From the NCBI RefSeq assembly GCF_003057965.1, contig NZ_CP020921.1, positions 270,100 through 334,099 of the forward strand: a DNA stretch of 64,000 bases. Reading direction: 5' to 3'. The stretch is from Thermodesulfobium acidiphilum. GTDB lineage: Bacteria > Thermodesulfobiota > Thermodesulfobiia > Thermodesulfobiales > Thermodesulfobiaceae. The notes beneath the pieces were generated by a model. The model did no database searches. It was not told the DNA's origin and worked only from the letters and a program-made list of their open reading frames with translations. How positions within the stretch are numbered: position 1 is the stretch's first letter; each line of letters starts with the position of its first letter. Positions 18,344-28,244 of the stretch are shown here, one piece after another. A program made the position numbers and the translations under genes.

Positions 18344-18802
18344 TTGAAGGGTAGATGGGTTTGTGTTTGGCTTTTGGCAATTTTAATTTTTACGTGTGCT
18401 CTGTTCACACAAAATGCTTATGCAAATAACCAGGATTTAAGACAGGAGATTGTAAGAACGGCTTTGCATCTAAAAGGGGTATCCTACAGATGGGGAGGAA
18501 CAACGCCGGCAGGTTTTGATTGTTCTGGATTTGTGCAGTATGTTTATAGAGTTAACGGTATAAGCATCCCAAGAGATGCAGATTCTCAGTATTATGACGG
18601 TACTAAAGTTTCAACGTCGAACCTTAAACCTGGAGATTTGGTTTTCTTCCAAACTTATGAGAGTGGCCCAAGTCATGTGGGCATCTATATTGGCGATAAT
18701 CGCTTTATTCACGCTGCATATCACGGCGGAATAATGATTGATTCCTTAAGTGAACCATATTATGCTGAGAGGTATTTAGGGGCAAGAACTTATATTGAGT
18801 GA
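18344..18802 (+). CDS. NlpC/P60 (C40) peptidoglycan endopeptidase, secreted
   Basis: Signal peptide; YRWGG..GFDCSGFV, PGDLVFF, HVGIYIG, FIHA. Confidence 0.95.
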   Translation: MKGRWVCVWLLAILIFTCALFTQNAYANNQDLRQEIVRTALHLKGVSYRWGGTTPAGFDCSGFVQYVYRVNGISIPRDADSQYYDGTKVSTSNLKPGDLVFFQTYESGPSHVGIYIGDNRFIHAAYHGGIMIDSLSEPYYAERYLGARTYIE

Positions 18803-19367
18803 GAACATATTTGTGATATTTAACGGTAGCCCAAAGGCAGGGGGAAATACTGATTTTCTGATAGATAGATTTACGACATTTTTGGGAGAAAGAGATGTTG
18901 TAAAATTTGTTCTCAGAGAGATGAATATTTCCCCCTGCAGGGGTTGTGAGATGTGTTCAATAAGCGGTAGATGTGTGATTAAAGATGATATGTATGATAT
19001 TTATAAAAAGATTGAAAATTGTAAATCTTTTTTATTCTTTTCCCCAATATTCTTCGGTGGAGTAACTTCGACTTTAAAATCTGTGATAGATAGGTGTCAG
19101 CCTTTTTGGGCAAGAAAAAACATTCTAGGTAAAAAATTTGAGAATAATAATAGAAGAGGGCTTATAGCCCTTATAGGCGCCACATCTTTTTTAAAGGGCT
19201 ACGAATGTGCTGCCCTTACTGTGAAATGGCTTTTTAACGTAATAGACGTAGCAGAAAACAGGACATTATATTATATGAATATTGAAAGACATAGCGATTT
19301 TTTGAATTATAATATTGATAATGACATTTATAAAACAATTGAATTTTTTGGGGAGAGTGAAGAATGA
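18795..19367 (+). CDS. Flavodoxin-like / iron-sulfur flavoprotein family protein
   Basis: GSPKAGGNT, CRGCEMC..RCVIKDDM, SPIFFGG, IDRCQ. Confidence 0.85.
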   Translation: MSENIFVIFNGSPKAGGNTDFLIDRFTTFLGERDVVKFVLREMNISPCRGCEMCSISGRCVIKDDMYDIYKKIENCKSFLFFSPIFFGGVTSTLKSVIDRCQPFWARKNILGKKFENNNRRGLIALIGATSFLKGYECAALTVKWLFNVIDVAENRTLYYMNIERHSDFLNYNIDNDIYKTIEFFGESEE

Positions 19368-20740
19368 AGGTAGCTGTGCTCGCTGGAGGTGTTGGAAGTA
19401 GGCTTTGGCCCCTGAGTAGGGAGAGATACCCAAAGCAGCTGATATCACTTACAGGTGACAAATCTTTGCTACAAAATACCGTAGATAGATTGCTCCCACT
19501 ATGTGACAATCACATTTTGATTGTTGGAATTGATGCTCATAAGGAAGATCTGGAATGGCAGCTTAGCTCTAATGGTGATTCCAGGATAAAATATAACATT
19601 TTGCTTGAGCCTTATCCAAGAAACACTTACGCAGCCTGTCTTTATCTTACTCTATATTTTGAGAAACAGGGAGTGAAGGAACCTATTTTGGTAGTTCCTG
19701 CCGATCACATGATATCAAATGAAGAGCTTTTTTATGAAGTTGCTAAGGATGCAGAGAAATTAGCTGAAAAGGGTTATATAGTAACTTTTGGTATAAAGCC
19801 CTCCTTTGCTTCTACTGGTTTTGGGTATATTTTAAAGGGTGAAAAGATAGAAGGATCAAATGGCTTTAGGATTTCAAAATTTGAAGAAAAGCCCTCTTTA
19901 GAGAGAGCTAAAATGTATGTTAGAGATGAGAACTATCTGTGGAATTCAGGGATGTTTATGTGGAAGCCTGAAGTATTCTTATCAGAGGTTAAAAGACTGG
20001 ATTTTGAGACATACGAGAAGGTAAGAGGCCTGTTTGATGACAAATTTGAAAGAGATCCTGAAAAGATTTATTCTTCTTTGCCCTCAATCCCTGTAGACAA
20101 GGCGGTAATGGAGAAGTCTAAGCTGGGTGTGGTGATCCCATCCGGGTTTGAGTGGAGTGATTTGGGGAGTTGGGACTCGCTGTATGACGTTGCTAGAAAG
20201 AATAAAGATGGAAATGTTACTACAGGAGACGTGCTTGCGCTACATTGCAAGAACTCCTTTATGTATAGTACCGGCAAACTTATGGTCGGGATAGATCTGG
20301 AAGATTTAATAGTTGTTGATGCTGATGATGCAATTTTGGTCTGTAAAAGAGGTAGCTCACAATACGTAAAGGACGCTTTTGACGCTCTTAAAGAACAAGG
20401 TAGAGAAGAGAGCCAGATCCACAGAACCGTTTATAGATTTTGGGGTCAAAAAACCCTCATAAGCAGGGGAGATAGTTTTTTAATCTATCAGGTACTTCTT
20501 CTTCCAAAGAAGGAGATACTACTTCAATTGCATCATCACAGGTCTGAAAACTGGATAATACTTTCAGGTGCCGTAGAAATAGAAAAGGATGGAAAGAAAG
20601 GTTTCTATCACAGAGGAGATAGTATCTTGATACCAAAATCCACACCTCACAAGATATCAAATCCTGGCAAAATAAGCGCTCAAATATTGGAGATATGGCA
20701 GGGAGAATACTTAGAGGAAGACGACGTCGAATATCTATAA
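19364..20740 (+). CDS. manC: Mannose-1-phosphate guanylyltransferase / mannose-6-phosphate isomerase
   Basis: LAGGVGSRLWPLSR..PKQ, WNSGMF, WSDLGSW, C-terminal cupin HHHRSENW. Confidence 0.93.
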   Translation: MKVAVLAGGVGSRLWPLSRERYPKQLISLTGDKSLLQNTVDRLLPLCDNHILIVGIDAHKEDLEWQLSSNGDSRIKYNILLEPYPRNTYAACLYLTLYFEKQGVKEPILVVPADHMISNEELFYEVAKDAEKLAEKGYIVTFGIKPSFASTGFGYILKGEKIEGSNGFRISKFEEKPSLERAKMYVRDENYLWNSGMFMWKPEVFLSEVKRLDFETYEKVRGLFDDKFERDPEKIYSSLPSIPVDKAVMEKSKLGVVIPSGFEWSDLGSWDSLYDVARKNKDGNVTTGDVLALHCKNSFMYSTGKLMVGIDLEDLIVVDADDAILVCKRGSSQYVKDAFDALKEQGREESQIHRTVYRFWGQKTLISRGDSFLIYQVLLLPKKEILLQLHHHRSENWIILSGAVEIEKDGKKGFYHRGDSILIPKSTPHKISNPGKISAQILEIWQGEYLEEDDVEYL

Positions 20741-20786
20741 TTTTGAGTCAAAATTTAATAAACCTTCTTCTGACAAAATAGTTCTT

Positions 20787-22682
20787 TTGCTTTCTTTAGT
20801 AATTTTCATTTATCCAGTGGTAATTTTTTACCCATGGAACATAACTCAGTCCTTTTCTGTGCCGAAATTGGTTCTAATTTCTTTATTTTGTACCTTTTTT
20901 TCTTTATACTCTATAAAAAGAGTCAAAGGCGTTCCTGTGATAACATTTTTTCTGATTTTGTTTTTCATACTTTCTCTTTTACTTTCAGTTTTTATAGCTC
21001 CTTCTAAGGTTTATGCTATTTTAGGACAGAGTGCGAGACTTACAGGATTACTTTTTTACCTGATTTTCTTCAGTTTTGTCTGGCTTATTGTCCAACAGAG
21101 ATTTAAAGAGAAGGACTTGTTTAAAATATTTTTCAGTATCGTTTTATCTTCTATAATCCCTCTCCTATACGGTTTATGCGAGTATTCTAATTTTGATTTT
21201 CTAAACCTTGAAGGTTATCCAGGTAGGCTTTCTACCTTTTTTGGGCAACCAAATGATTATGCAGTATTTTTATCTGTTATTTGTCTTTCGACTTTTTGTT
21301 TTATTTACATTTATAAAAGATTTATCCCTTTGTTTTGTGTAATTTTTGTAATATCGTTTTTTGAGCTTTTATTGACATATTCAAGGGCTAATATTTTTGG
21401 ATTTTTTATGTTGTTTTTTGTACTTTTGTTCCTTTTAAATAAAGAGATTTTAAGCTCTAAAAGAGTAAGTGCACTTTTAGCTATTGGGATTCTTATTTCT
21501 ATAGCATTGTTTTTTGCTACTCCTTATACGAATCCTGGCTGGTATGAAATGGGATTTAGCAGGCAGGTTGGGCGTGTAGAGGACGAATCTCTTTCTCAAA
21601 GAATTACAATGTGGAAGGCGTCAATAGATATGTTTTTAGAAAAGCCTCTTACAGGGTATGGTCTCGCAAATTATTATCCTATCTCGTCTAGATTTTTTGA
21701 TATGTCAAATAGCTTTTTTCACTGGAGTACGAAAAATATGACTTTTGTTGATGTTCCTCACAACGAGTTTCTGGAATTCTTGGCACTGGGTGGAATTCCA
21801 TTATTTGTTTCATTTACAATTCTAATAATTTTTGCACTCTATGGGAATTATCTTTCTGTTTACGAGAACAAATTGAATCTGATAGCGCTTTTTGGGTTTT
21901 GTGCTACTCTAATTTATCTTTTTTTTAACTTTTTTGTATTAAGCGTATCGCTTCTTTTCTTCCTCTTTCTGGCTCTTGGGCTTACGAATTTGCCCTTTAA
22001 AGGAAAAGAGATTAGGTTAGACATCTTTCCTTTGGTTATTTCTGTAGCTTGTTTCTCTCTTTTTTTGTATATGGGCGTTTATTATAACATCGATAATGGA
22101 ATCTATAAGATAAAGAACAATTTCCAAAAGGTTATAATGGGTACAAATGCATTATCCTTTTACCCATATGATTATTACTCTTATCCTGCCCTTGACGATA
22201 AATATCTTCTCATTGCTAAAAGTTTGCCTAAATCAGATGAAGCTATAAGATTTGAGATGGCCAGTTCTATAGAAAGAACATCTTTTTTAGGTTTAAGCCT
22301 GTTTCCAAACGATCCCGTCTTGTATTATTATTTAGGAGAGGCATATAAGCTAAAGAGAAATTATCCTGAGGCTAAGTTATACTTTTTGAAATCTCTCGAA
22401 TTTCATCCCTTTTTCGAAGAACCGATAATAGGCTTGCTTGATATATCATGCACATATGAAGGCTGTAGAAATTCTTTTAAGTATGCCAAGCTCTTATACG
22501 AGACGAGCCCGGATTCTCTTTTGACATTAGTTACTCTGGTAAACTACAATATTCGTATGCATCAATATAACGATGCAAAAATATTTTTACGCGATATAGA
22601 AGATCTTTACCCTGCGAATCCCATTATATATGTTTTCAAAGAGTTTTTTATGAAAAATACTTCTTCAAAAGTTTTTTCGTAA
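20787..22682 (+). CDS. O-antigen ligase (Wzy_C) family membrane protein with C-terminal TPR region
   Basis: Multi-TM; FGQPN, TYSRA, QRITMW, KPLTGYG, PHNEFLE; TPR-like YYYLGEAY..YPEAKLYFLKSLE. Start uncertain. Confidence 0.85.
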   Translation: MLSLVIFIYPVVIFYPWNITQSFSVPKLVLISLFCTFFSLYSIKRVKGVPVITFFLILFFILSLLLSVFIAPSKVYAILGQSARLTGLLFYLIFFSFVWLIVQQRFKEKDLFKIFFSIVLSSIIPLLYGLCEYSNFDFLNLEGYPGRLSTFFGQPNDYAVFLSVICLSTFCFIYIYKRFIPLFCVIFVISFFELLLTYSRANIFGFFMLFFVLLFLLNKEILSSKRVSALLAIGILISIALFFATPYTNPGWYEMGFSRQVGRVEDESLSQRITMWKASIDMFLEKPLTGYGLANYYPISSRFFDMSNSFFHWSTKNMTFVDVPHNEFLEFLALGGIPLFVSFTILIIFALYGNYLSVYENKLNLIALFGFCATLIYLFFNFFVLSVSLLFFLFLALGLTNLPFKGKEIRLDIFPLVISVACFSLFLYMGVYYNIDNGIYKIKNNFQKVIMGTNALSFYPYDYYSYPALDDKYLLIAKSLPKSDEAIRFEMASSIERTSFLGLSLFPNDPVLYYYLGEAYKLKRNYPEAKLYFLKSLEFHPFFEEPIIGLLDISCTYEGCRNSFKYAKLLYETSPDSLLTLVTLVNYNIRMHQYNDAKIFLRDIEDLYPANPIIYVFKEFFMKNTSSKVFS

Positions 22683-23928
22683 GCTTTATTATCTTTTCTT
22701 TATCGAACTGTTCTATTTTATTTTTTATTATCCATCTGCCGTTTACGCAAACGCTCAATATGCAGTCAGGCGTAGCACTATAAACCAGATCGCTTACAGG
22801 GTTGTGTCCTGGAATCATTGATGGGTTTTCCCTATCTATCACAAGAAAATCAGCTTTCTTGCCTACTTCGATACTGCCAATATCATCTTTAAATATTGCC
22901 CTTGCGCCCATTGAGGTAGCCATCTGAAGCGCATCAAGAGCTTTTAGGGTTTGAGGATTTTTGCTGAATATTTTTTGAAGCTTGAGAGCAAAATCCATTT
23001 CCCCAAAAATATTGAGGTTGTTATTGCTTGCTGCTCCGTCTGTGCCAAGAGCTACGTTTACTCCAGACTCAAGGAGTTTTGGCACAGGGCATATGCCGCT
23101 AGCCAATTTTGCGTTGCTCTCAGGACAGTGTGCTACACTAACATTGTGATTTTTTAGAATAGAGATATCCATATCGGTTAAATAATTTGCATGGGCAACA
23201 AAGGTTTTTGCCCTGAAAACCTCTAGTTTTTCAAGATATTTTGTTGGGGTTAGATTTTTTTCTCTTTGCATGTCTAAAAATTCTTTTTCAGATTCAGATA
23301 AGTGAATGTGAAGAGGAATATTTTCTTCTAAAGCTATTTGTGTTAATTCCCTTAATAGTTCGTCTGAACAAGTATATGGGGCATGTGGTGTGACAATAGG
23401 AGATATCAGATCGCTATCTTTGTATTTTTCTATCAGCTTTTTTGTATTTTCTATTCCCTGTTTTTGGCCCTTTGCATGAGGGGTGGGAACGCTTAGCACT
23501 CCCTCTCCAATTAGAGCTCTTAGCCCAATTTCTTCAGCTGCGCTTGCTACCATATCTTCGTAAAAATACATATCTACAAATGTGGTAATGCCATTCTTTG
23601 CCATTTCATAACAGGCAATGAGAGCTCCTAAGTAAACAGTTTCAGGATTTATGATTTGTGCTTCTTTTGGCCATATGTAATTGGTAAGCCAGTCTATTAA
23701 AGTCAGGTCATCCGCATAGCTTCTAAGAAGGGTCATGGCAGCGTGAGTATGTGCGTTTATAAGGCCTGGAATTACTAAATTGTCATTCAAATTTACTTTT
23801 TGAAGACAATCTTTATTCACGTTTATGCCGGCTATTGTGCCGTTTGAAATATATATGTTTGAGCCTTCTAAAACTTTTCCTGATTTTACATCCAGTATTG
23901 ATGCGTTTTCTATTAATAGATCGTTCAT
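22648..23928 (-). CDS. mtaD: 5-methylthioadenosine/S-adenosylhomocysteine deaminase
   Basis: PGLINAHTH, PHAPYTC, HIHLSE, HCPESNAKLASG, GTDGAASNN. Confidence 0.88.
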   Translation of the reverse strand: MNDLLIENASILDVKSGKVLEGSNIYISNGTIAGINVNKDCLQKVNLNDNLVIPGLINAHTHAAMTLLRSYADDLTLIDWLTNYIWPKEAQIINPETVYLGALIACYEMAKNGITTFVDMYFYEDMVASAAEEIGLRALIGEGVLSVPTPHAKGQKQGIENTKKLIEKYKDSDLISPIVTPHAPYTCSDELLRELTQIALEENIPLHIHLSESEKEFLDMQREKNLTPTKYLEKLEVFRAKTFVAHANYLTDMDISILKNHNVSVAHCPESNAKLASGICPVPKLLESGVNVALGTDGAASNNNLNIFGEMDFALKLQKIFSKNPQTLKALDALQMATSMGARAIFKDDIGSIEVGKKADFLVIDRENPSMIPGHNPVSDLVYSATPDCILSVCVNGRWIIKNKIEQFDKEKIIKLTKKLLKKYFS

Positions 23929-24060
23929 AATACCTCCTGTTATTTTATCAGATTATATTATATAATTTTTACAATAAATTAAGGGAAATATATTTAATTT
24001 AAAGTTTTGGGGATATTTTAGTATATAATAACAATAAATACTTTTAAGCTGGTGAGGGCT

Positions 24061-25791
24061 TTGACGGTAGAGAGTGCAAAAAGACCTAAAGAAGCGAAAA
24101 TAATTGCTAAACTTTTTGATGATGGCCTTTTAACAGAAGAAGCTGTAAATGACGTGTTCTATGAACTGGAGACTTCTGATATGCCATTGCTTGATGTTCT
24201 TGAAAATAAAGGACTTTTGACACAACAGATCGTTCAGAAGTTAGAGAATATCTACGGCTTTAAGATAATAAGGATTCAGGAGACTCCATTAGACGAGAAG
24301 GCCTTGCAACTTTTGTCATCTGATTTTATAAAACAAAGAAAAATTTTGCCCCTTGCACTAAAAGGAAATAACCTTTTACTTGGTATGGTAAATCCGCAGG
24401 ATCTTTCTACAATCGATGACGTTCGTATGATTACAAAGACACAGGTTGAACCCGCTATAATTCTTGCAAGTGATTTTTCCAGATATATCTCCGGGGAGAT
24501 AAGCTTTAAGAAGAAAGAAGAGACGATCTTTGGTAAGGAGTCTGATGCTGAAGCGCACAGCTATTATTCTGAGCCCCAGCTTCAAAAAGAGTCCCTTATT
24601 TATACCGAAGAAGATTCGGTGATAAATCTGGTAGATACAATTGTAGAGGAGGCAGTTCTAAAGAGGGCTTCTGACGTTCATATTGAGCCATACGAAGACA
24701 AAATTGTTTTAAGATATAGGATTGATGGTTCTCTATTAAAGATATCTGAATTTCCAAAGTCAATTGGGCCTGCCATAGTCTCAAGGATAAAAATACTCTC
24801 AAGCCTTGATATATCTGAGAGAAGAAGACCTCAAGATGGCAGGATGCACCTGAACGTCGCAAACAAAGAGATAGACATGAGGGTATCAATTATGCCCTGT
24901 ACTCAGGGCGAGAAGGTTGTGCTTAGAATATTTGACAAAAAGGCAGTTGCAATGGACCTGGAGGCATTGGGATTTCCTGAAAGGGAGCTAAAGACTTTTA
25001 AGCAAATATTACAAAAGCCTTATGGCATAATATTTGTAACTGGTCCTACTGGCTCAGGAAAGTCTACTACGCTCTACTCCGCTCTTAGCCTTCTTAACAG
25101 AGAAGATGTTAACATATTGACCGCTGAAGATCCTGTGGAATTTTATATTCCTGGTATAACCCAGTCACAAGTAAACCCTCAGATAAACCTTACCTTTGCA
25201 ACTTTATTAAGATCTTTTTTAAGGCAGGATCCTGACATTATAATGGTTGGTGAGATCAGAGATTCTGAAACTGCAGAAATAGCCGTTAGGGCTGCAATGA
25301 CAGGGCATCTTGTTCTTAGCACTCTCCACACAAATGACGCTGCCAGCGCATTTCCAAGGCTTATGGATATGGATGTAGAGCCTTTTTTGCTTGCATCCAG
25401 CACCCTTTGTATTCTAGCACAAAGGCTTGTAAGAAAAGTTTGTGCTGAATGTGTAAGAGAGGTACCGATGCCAGAGGATATGAAGATAGCCCTGGGGATA
25501 TCTCCTGGGGGTTTCGGCTTTGGCCCTGTTGGAGAGGTTACATATTTTGAAGGAACAGGCTGCAGTGCTTGTTTTGGAACGGGATACAAGGGCAGGATTG
25601 TTGTACCCGAGCTTTTGGTGGTAAACGATGAGGTAAGATCTCTTGTTATGTCTAGGGCCCCTTCTAAAGAGATAAAGAGTGCAGCCATTAGGGGAGGTAT
25701 GAGAACAATGAGGGAGAATGGAGTGGATCTAATATTTAGGGGGATTACCACGCCTCAGGAAATTGTGAAGAAGATATTTACTGAAGAGTAG
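24061..25791 (+). CDS. pilB: Type IV pilus assembly ATPase
   Basis: ASDVHIEP, GPTGSGKST, LRQDPDIIMVGEIRD, TGHLVLSTLHTN, two CxxC motifs. Confidence 0.93.
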   Translation: MTVESAKRPKEAKIIAKLFDDGLLTEEAVNDVFYELETSDMPLLDVLENKGLLTQQIVQKLENIYGFKIIRIQETPLDEKALQLLSSDFIKQRKILPLALKGNNLLLGMVNPQDLSTIDDVRMITKTQVEPAIILASDFSRYISGEISFKKKEETIFGKESDAEAHSYYSEPQLQKESLIYTEEDSVINLVDTIVEEAVLKRASDVHIEPYEDKIVLRYRIDGSLLKISEFPKSIGPAIVSRIKILSSLDISERRRPQDGRMHLNVANKEIDMRVSIMPCTQGEKVVLRIFDKKAVAMDLEALGFPERELKTFKQILQKPYGIIFVTGPTGSGKSTTLYSALSLLNREDVNILTAEDPVEFYIPGITQSQVNPQINLTFATLLRSFLRQDPDIIMVGEIRDSETAEIAVRAAMTGHLVLSTLHTNDAASAFPRLMDMDVEPFLLASSTLCILAQRLVRKVCAECVREVPMPEDMKIALGISPGGFGFGPVGEVTYFEGTGCSACFGTGYKGRIVVPELLVVNDEVRSLVMSRAPSKEIKSAAIRGGMRTMRENGVDLIFRGITTPQEIVKKIFTEE

Positions 25792-25799
25792 GAGGGAAT

Positions 25800-26858
25800 A
25801 TGGAAATAACTGAAATTCTTGAAAAGGCCACTCAAATGAATGCGAGCGACATTCACATATCTGTGGGCATACCCCCTGTGATAAGAAGAGAGGGCAAGTT
25901 AATAAAATTGGAAGAATATGGCAATATTACTCCAAAAATTGCATTTGAACTTATATTCTCTATGCTTTCAGACTATCAGAAAAAAAAGATAGAGGAAGAA
26001 TTGGATATTGACTTCTCCTACGGCATATCTGGAATAGGTAGATTCAGGGTAAACGTGTTTAAGCAAAGAGGCGTTTGGGGCGCAGCGCTCAGGCTGATAC
26101 CATGGGAGATCCCAAGTCTGGAAACTCTGGGACTTCCTCCTGTAATTGCTGAGTTTGCCAAGCTGGTAAGAGGCCTTGTGCTGGTAACTGGCCCTACTGG
26201 CTCAGGAAAGTCTACCACGCTTGCCTCCCTTATAAATATAATTAATAGAACAAGGGAGTCTCACATTATTACTATTGAAGACCCTATTGAATACCTTCAC
26301 TCTCACAAGAAGTCTATAGTAGATCAAAGAGAAGTTGGAAACGACACCAAATCTTTTGCCAGAGCTGTCAGAGCATCTCTACGAGAGGACCCAGATGTAA
26401 TTTTGGTGGGTGAGATGAGAGACCTTGAAACAATAGCTGCTGCTATTACTGCTGCAGAGACGGGGCATTTGGTGTTTTCAACCCTTCATACGAACGATGC
26501 TCCACAAACTATAGACAGGATTATAGACGTATTTCCTACCAATCAACAGCAGCAAATAAGAACGCAGCTTTCAACAGCTCTTCAAGGAGTTGTATCTCAG
26601 GCTCTTTTGCCAAAGATTGGGGGCGGTAGAGTGGTAGCGACAGAGGTTATGATCGCGACTCCTGCTGTAAGAAACCTTATCAGGGAGGGTAAGACATCTC
26701 AACTTTATAGTGTAATACAGACTTCTGGAAGATACGGCATGCAGCAATTAGATGCCTCTCTAAAAGACCTGGTACTTCGTGGCAAGGTAGCTTTTGAAGA
26801 TGCCTTTACAGTAGCAGTAAATAAGGAAGAGTTTATGCGCCTGGTTGGGAGATTGTAA
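25800..26858 (+). CDS. pilT: Type IV pilus retraction ATPase
   Basis: ASDIHI, GPTGSGKSTT, REDPDVILVGEMRD, AVRNLIRE. Confidence 0.96.
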   Translation: MEITEILEKATQMNASDIHISVGIPPVIRREGKLIKLEEYGNITPKIAFELIFSMLSDYQKKKIEEELDIDFSYGISGIGRFRVNVFKQRGVWGAALRLIPWEIPSLETLGLPPVIAEFAKLVRGLVLVTGPTGSGKSTTLASLINIINRTRESHIITIEDPIEYLHSHKKSIVDQREVGNDTKSFARAVRASLREDPDVILVGEMRDLETIAAAITAAETGHLVFSTLHTNDAPQTIDRIIDVFPTNQQQQIRTQLSTALQGVVSQALLPKIGGGRVVATEVMIATPAVRNLIREGKTSQLYSVIQTSGRYGMQQLDASLKDLVLRGKVAFEDAFTVAVNKEEFMRLVGRL

Positions 26859-28102
26859 TGCCTAACTTCTTTTATAGAGTTAGAGACTCTAAGGGGAAAC
26901 TGGTTACAGGAACTACGGATGCCATATCTCTTCCAGTTTTAAAAAATGATCTTAGAAACAAGGGATTTCTTATAGTCGAAGTAAAGGAGATCAAAGACGA
27001 ATCTAAAGATACCAAATTGCCAATAGAAGAGAAAAGGGCATCCTTTAATATCCCTATCTTTAACAGAGTTACTCACAAAGAGCTTGCTATATTTTCAAGA
27101 CAGTTTGCTACGCTGGTAGCGGCAGGAGTTCCAATCACAAGGACGCTAAACACCCTGAAGTCTCAAACCAAGAAAAAGGCTTTCAGAGACATTATTGACG
27201 ATGTCCTGAAGAGAGTAGAAGGAGGAGAAAGCCTTGCAAGAGCTCTTGAGAGGCATAGCAACGTTTTTAACAAGCTCTATACCAGTCTGATAAGGGCAGG
27301 TGAGGCATCTGGATCCCTTGACGTGATACTCGCAAGGATTGCAAGCTATCTGGAAAAGGAGATGGCTCTTAGAAATCAGATAAAGCAGGCCGTAAGTTAC
27401 CCAATATTTGTCTTAACCATTGCCTTGGCGCTAACTGCATTTTTGCTGATGTTTATAGTTCCTATGTTTGCAGGCTTTCTTACGGGTTTGGGGGCGAAGC
27501 TTCCTCTTATGACTTTGATAATAGTAAATGCTAGTCAATTTATGATACATAATTTTATCTGGATAGTTCTGGTTATTATTGGAGGAGTTTTCTTATTTAT
27601 AAAACTCCTTAGTAATCCTGTTGGCAGAGAGATGTTTGATCTGATGGTGTTCAGACTTCCTATTTTTGGCCCCCTTTACATGAAAATAGAGTGTTCCAGG
27701 TTTGCAAGGACATTTGGCTCAATGACAAGAAGCGGCGTGCCAATATTAACTTCTCTTGAGATAATTGAGGGTATACTGATGAGCGTGGTACTAAAAAAGG
27801 GAATAAGATTTGTACACGACTCGGTTAAAAGAGGCCAGACAATTGCTGATTCCATGAGAAAGACCGATAAGTTTCCCATGGTGTTGGTAGAGATGATAGC
27901 AATAGGTGAGGAAACAGGACACCTTGACGAAATGTTGGACAAGTCTGCCGATTACTACGACGACGAGGTGGAGACCACTGTAAAGGCTCTGTCAAGCATG
28001 CTGGAACCTGCTATGATAGTGATAATAGGTGGTATTGTAGGATTTATTGTAATAGCAATGTATCTGCCTATATTTAGCCTGTATCAGGCAATTGTAAAAT
28101 AG
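26858..28102 (+). CDS. pilC: Type IV pilus platform protein (T2SS F family)
   Basis: FSRQFATL, GEASGSLD, GEETGHLD, LEP..IAMYLPIF. Confidence 0.95.
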   Translation: MPNFFYRVRDSKGKLVTGTTDAISLPVLKNDLRNKGFLIVEVKEIKDESKDTKLPIEEKRASFNIPIFNRVTHKELAIFSRQFATLVAAGVPITRTLNTLKSQTKKKAFRDIIDDVLKRVEGGESLARALERHSNVFNKLYTSLIRAGEASGSLDVILARIASYLEKEMALRNQIKQAVSYPIFVLTIALALTAFLLMFIVPMFAGFLTGLGAKLPLMTLIIVNASQFMIHNFIWIVLVIIGGVFLFIKLLSNPVGREMFDLMVFRLPIFGPLYMKIECSRFARTFGSMTRSGVPILTSLEIIEGILMSVVLKKGIRFVHDSVKRGQTIADSMRKTDKFPMVLVEMIAIGEETGHLDEMLDKSADYYDDEVETTVKALSSMLEPAMIVIIGGIVGFIVIAMYLPIFSLYQAIVK

Positions 28103-28112
28103 TTTTATGGTT

Positions 28113-28140
28113 TAAGAATTTGCTTTACTCGTGCCGATAA
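28113..28140 (+). promoter_or_regulatory. Putative sigma28 (FliA/SigD) promoter upstream of the pilin gene
   Basis: TAAG-N16-GCCGATAA versus consensus TAAA-N15/16-GCCGATAA. Confidence 0.6.
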
Positions 28141-28184
28141 TAAGACTGACATAACATTTTTTAAGGAGGTGAAAGAACTTTTAG

Positions 28185-28212
28185 TTGATAATTTTTTTAT
28201 TTGCTCTATAAT
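28185..28212 (+). promoter_or_regulatory. Putative sigma70/A promoter of the pilin gene
   Basis: TTGATA-N16-TATAAT. Confidence 0.5.
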
Positions 28213-28244
28213 TAATTTCAAATCTAATTTAAGGAGGGGTTACA

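Noticed and set aside
25179..25751. Long antisense ORFs (also 48228-48806, 62148-62666, 9787-10239)
   Set aside because: Lie opposite well-supported genes and have no recognisable motifs
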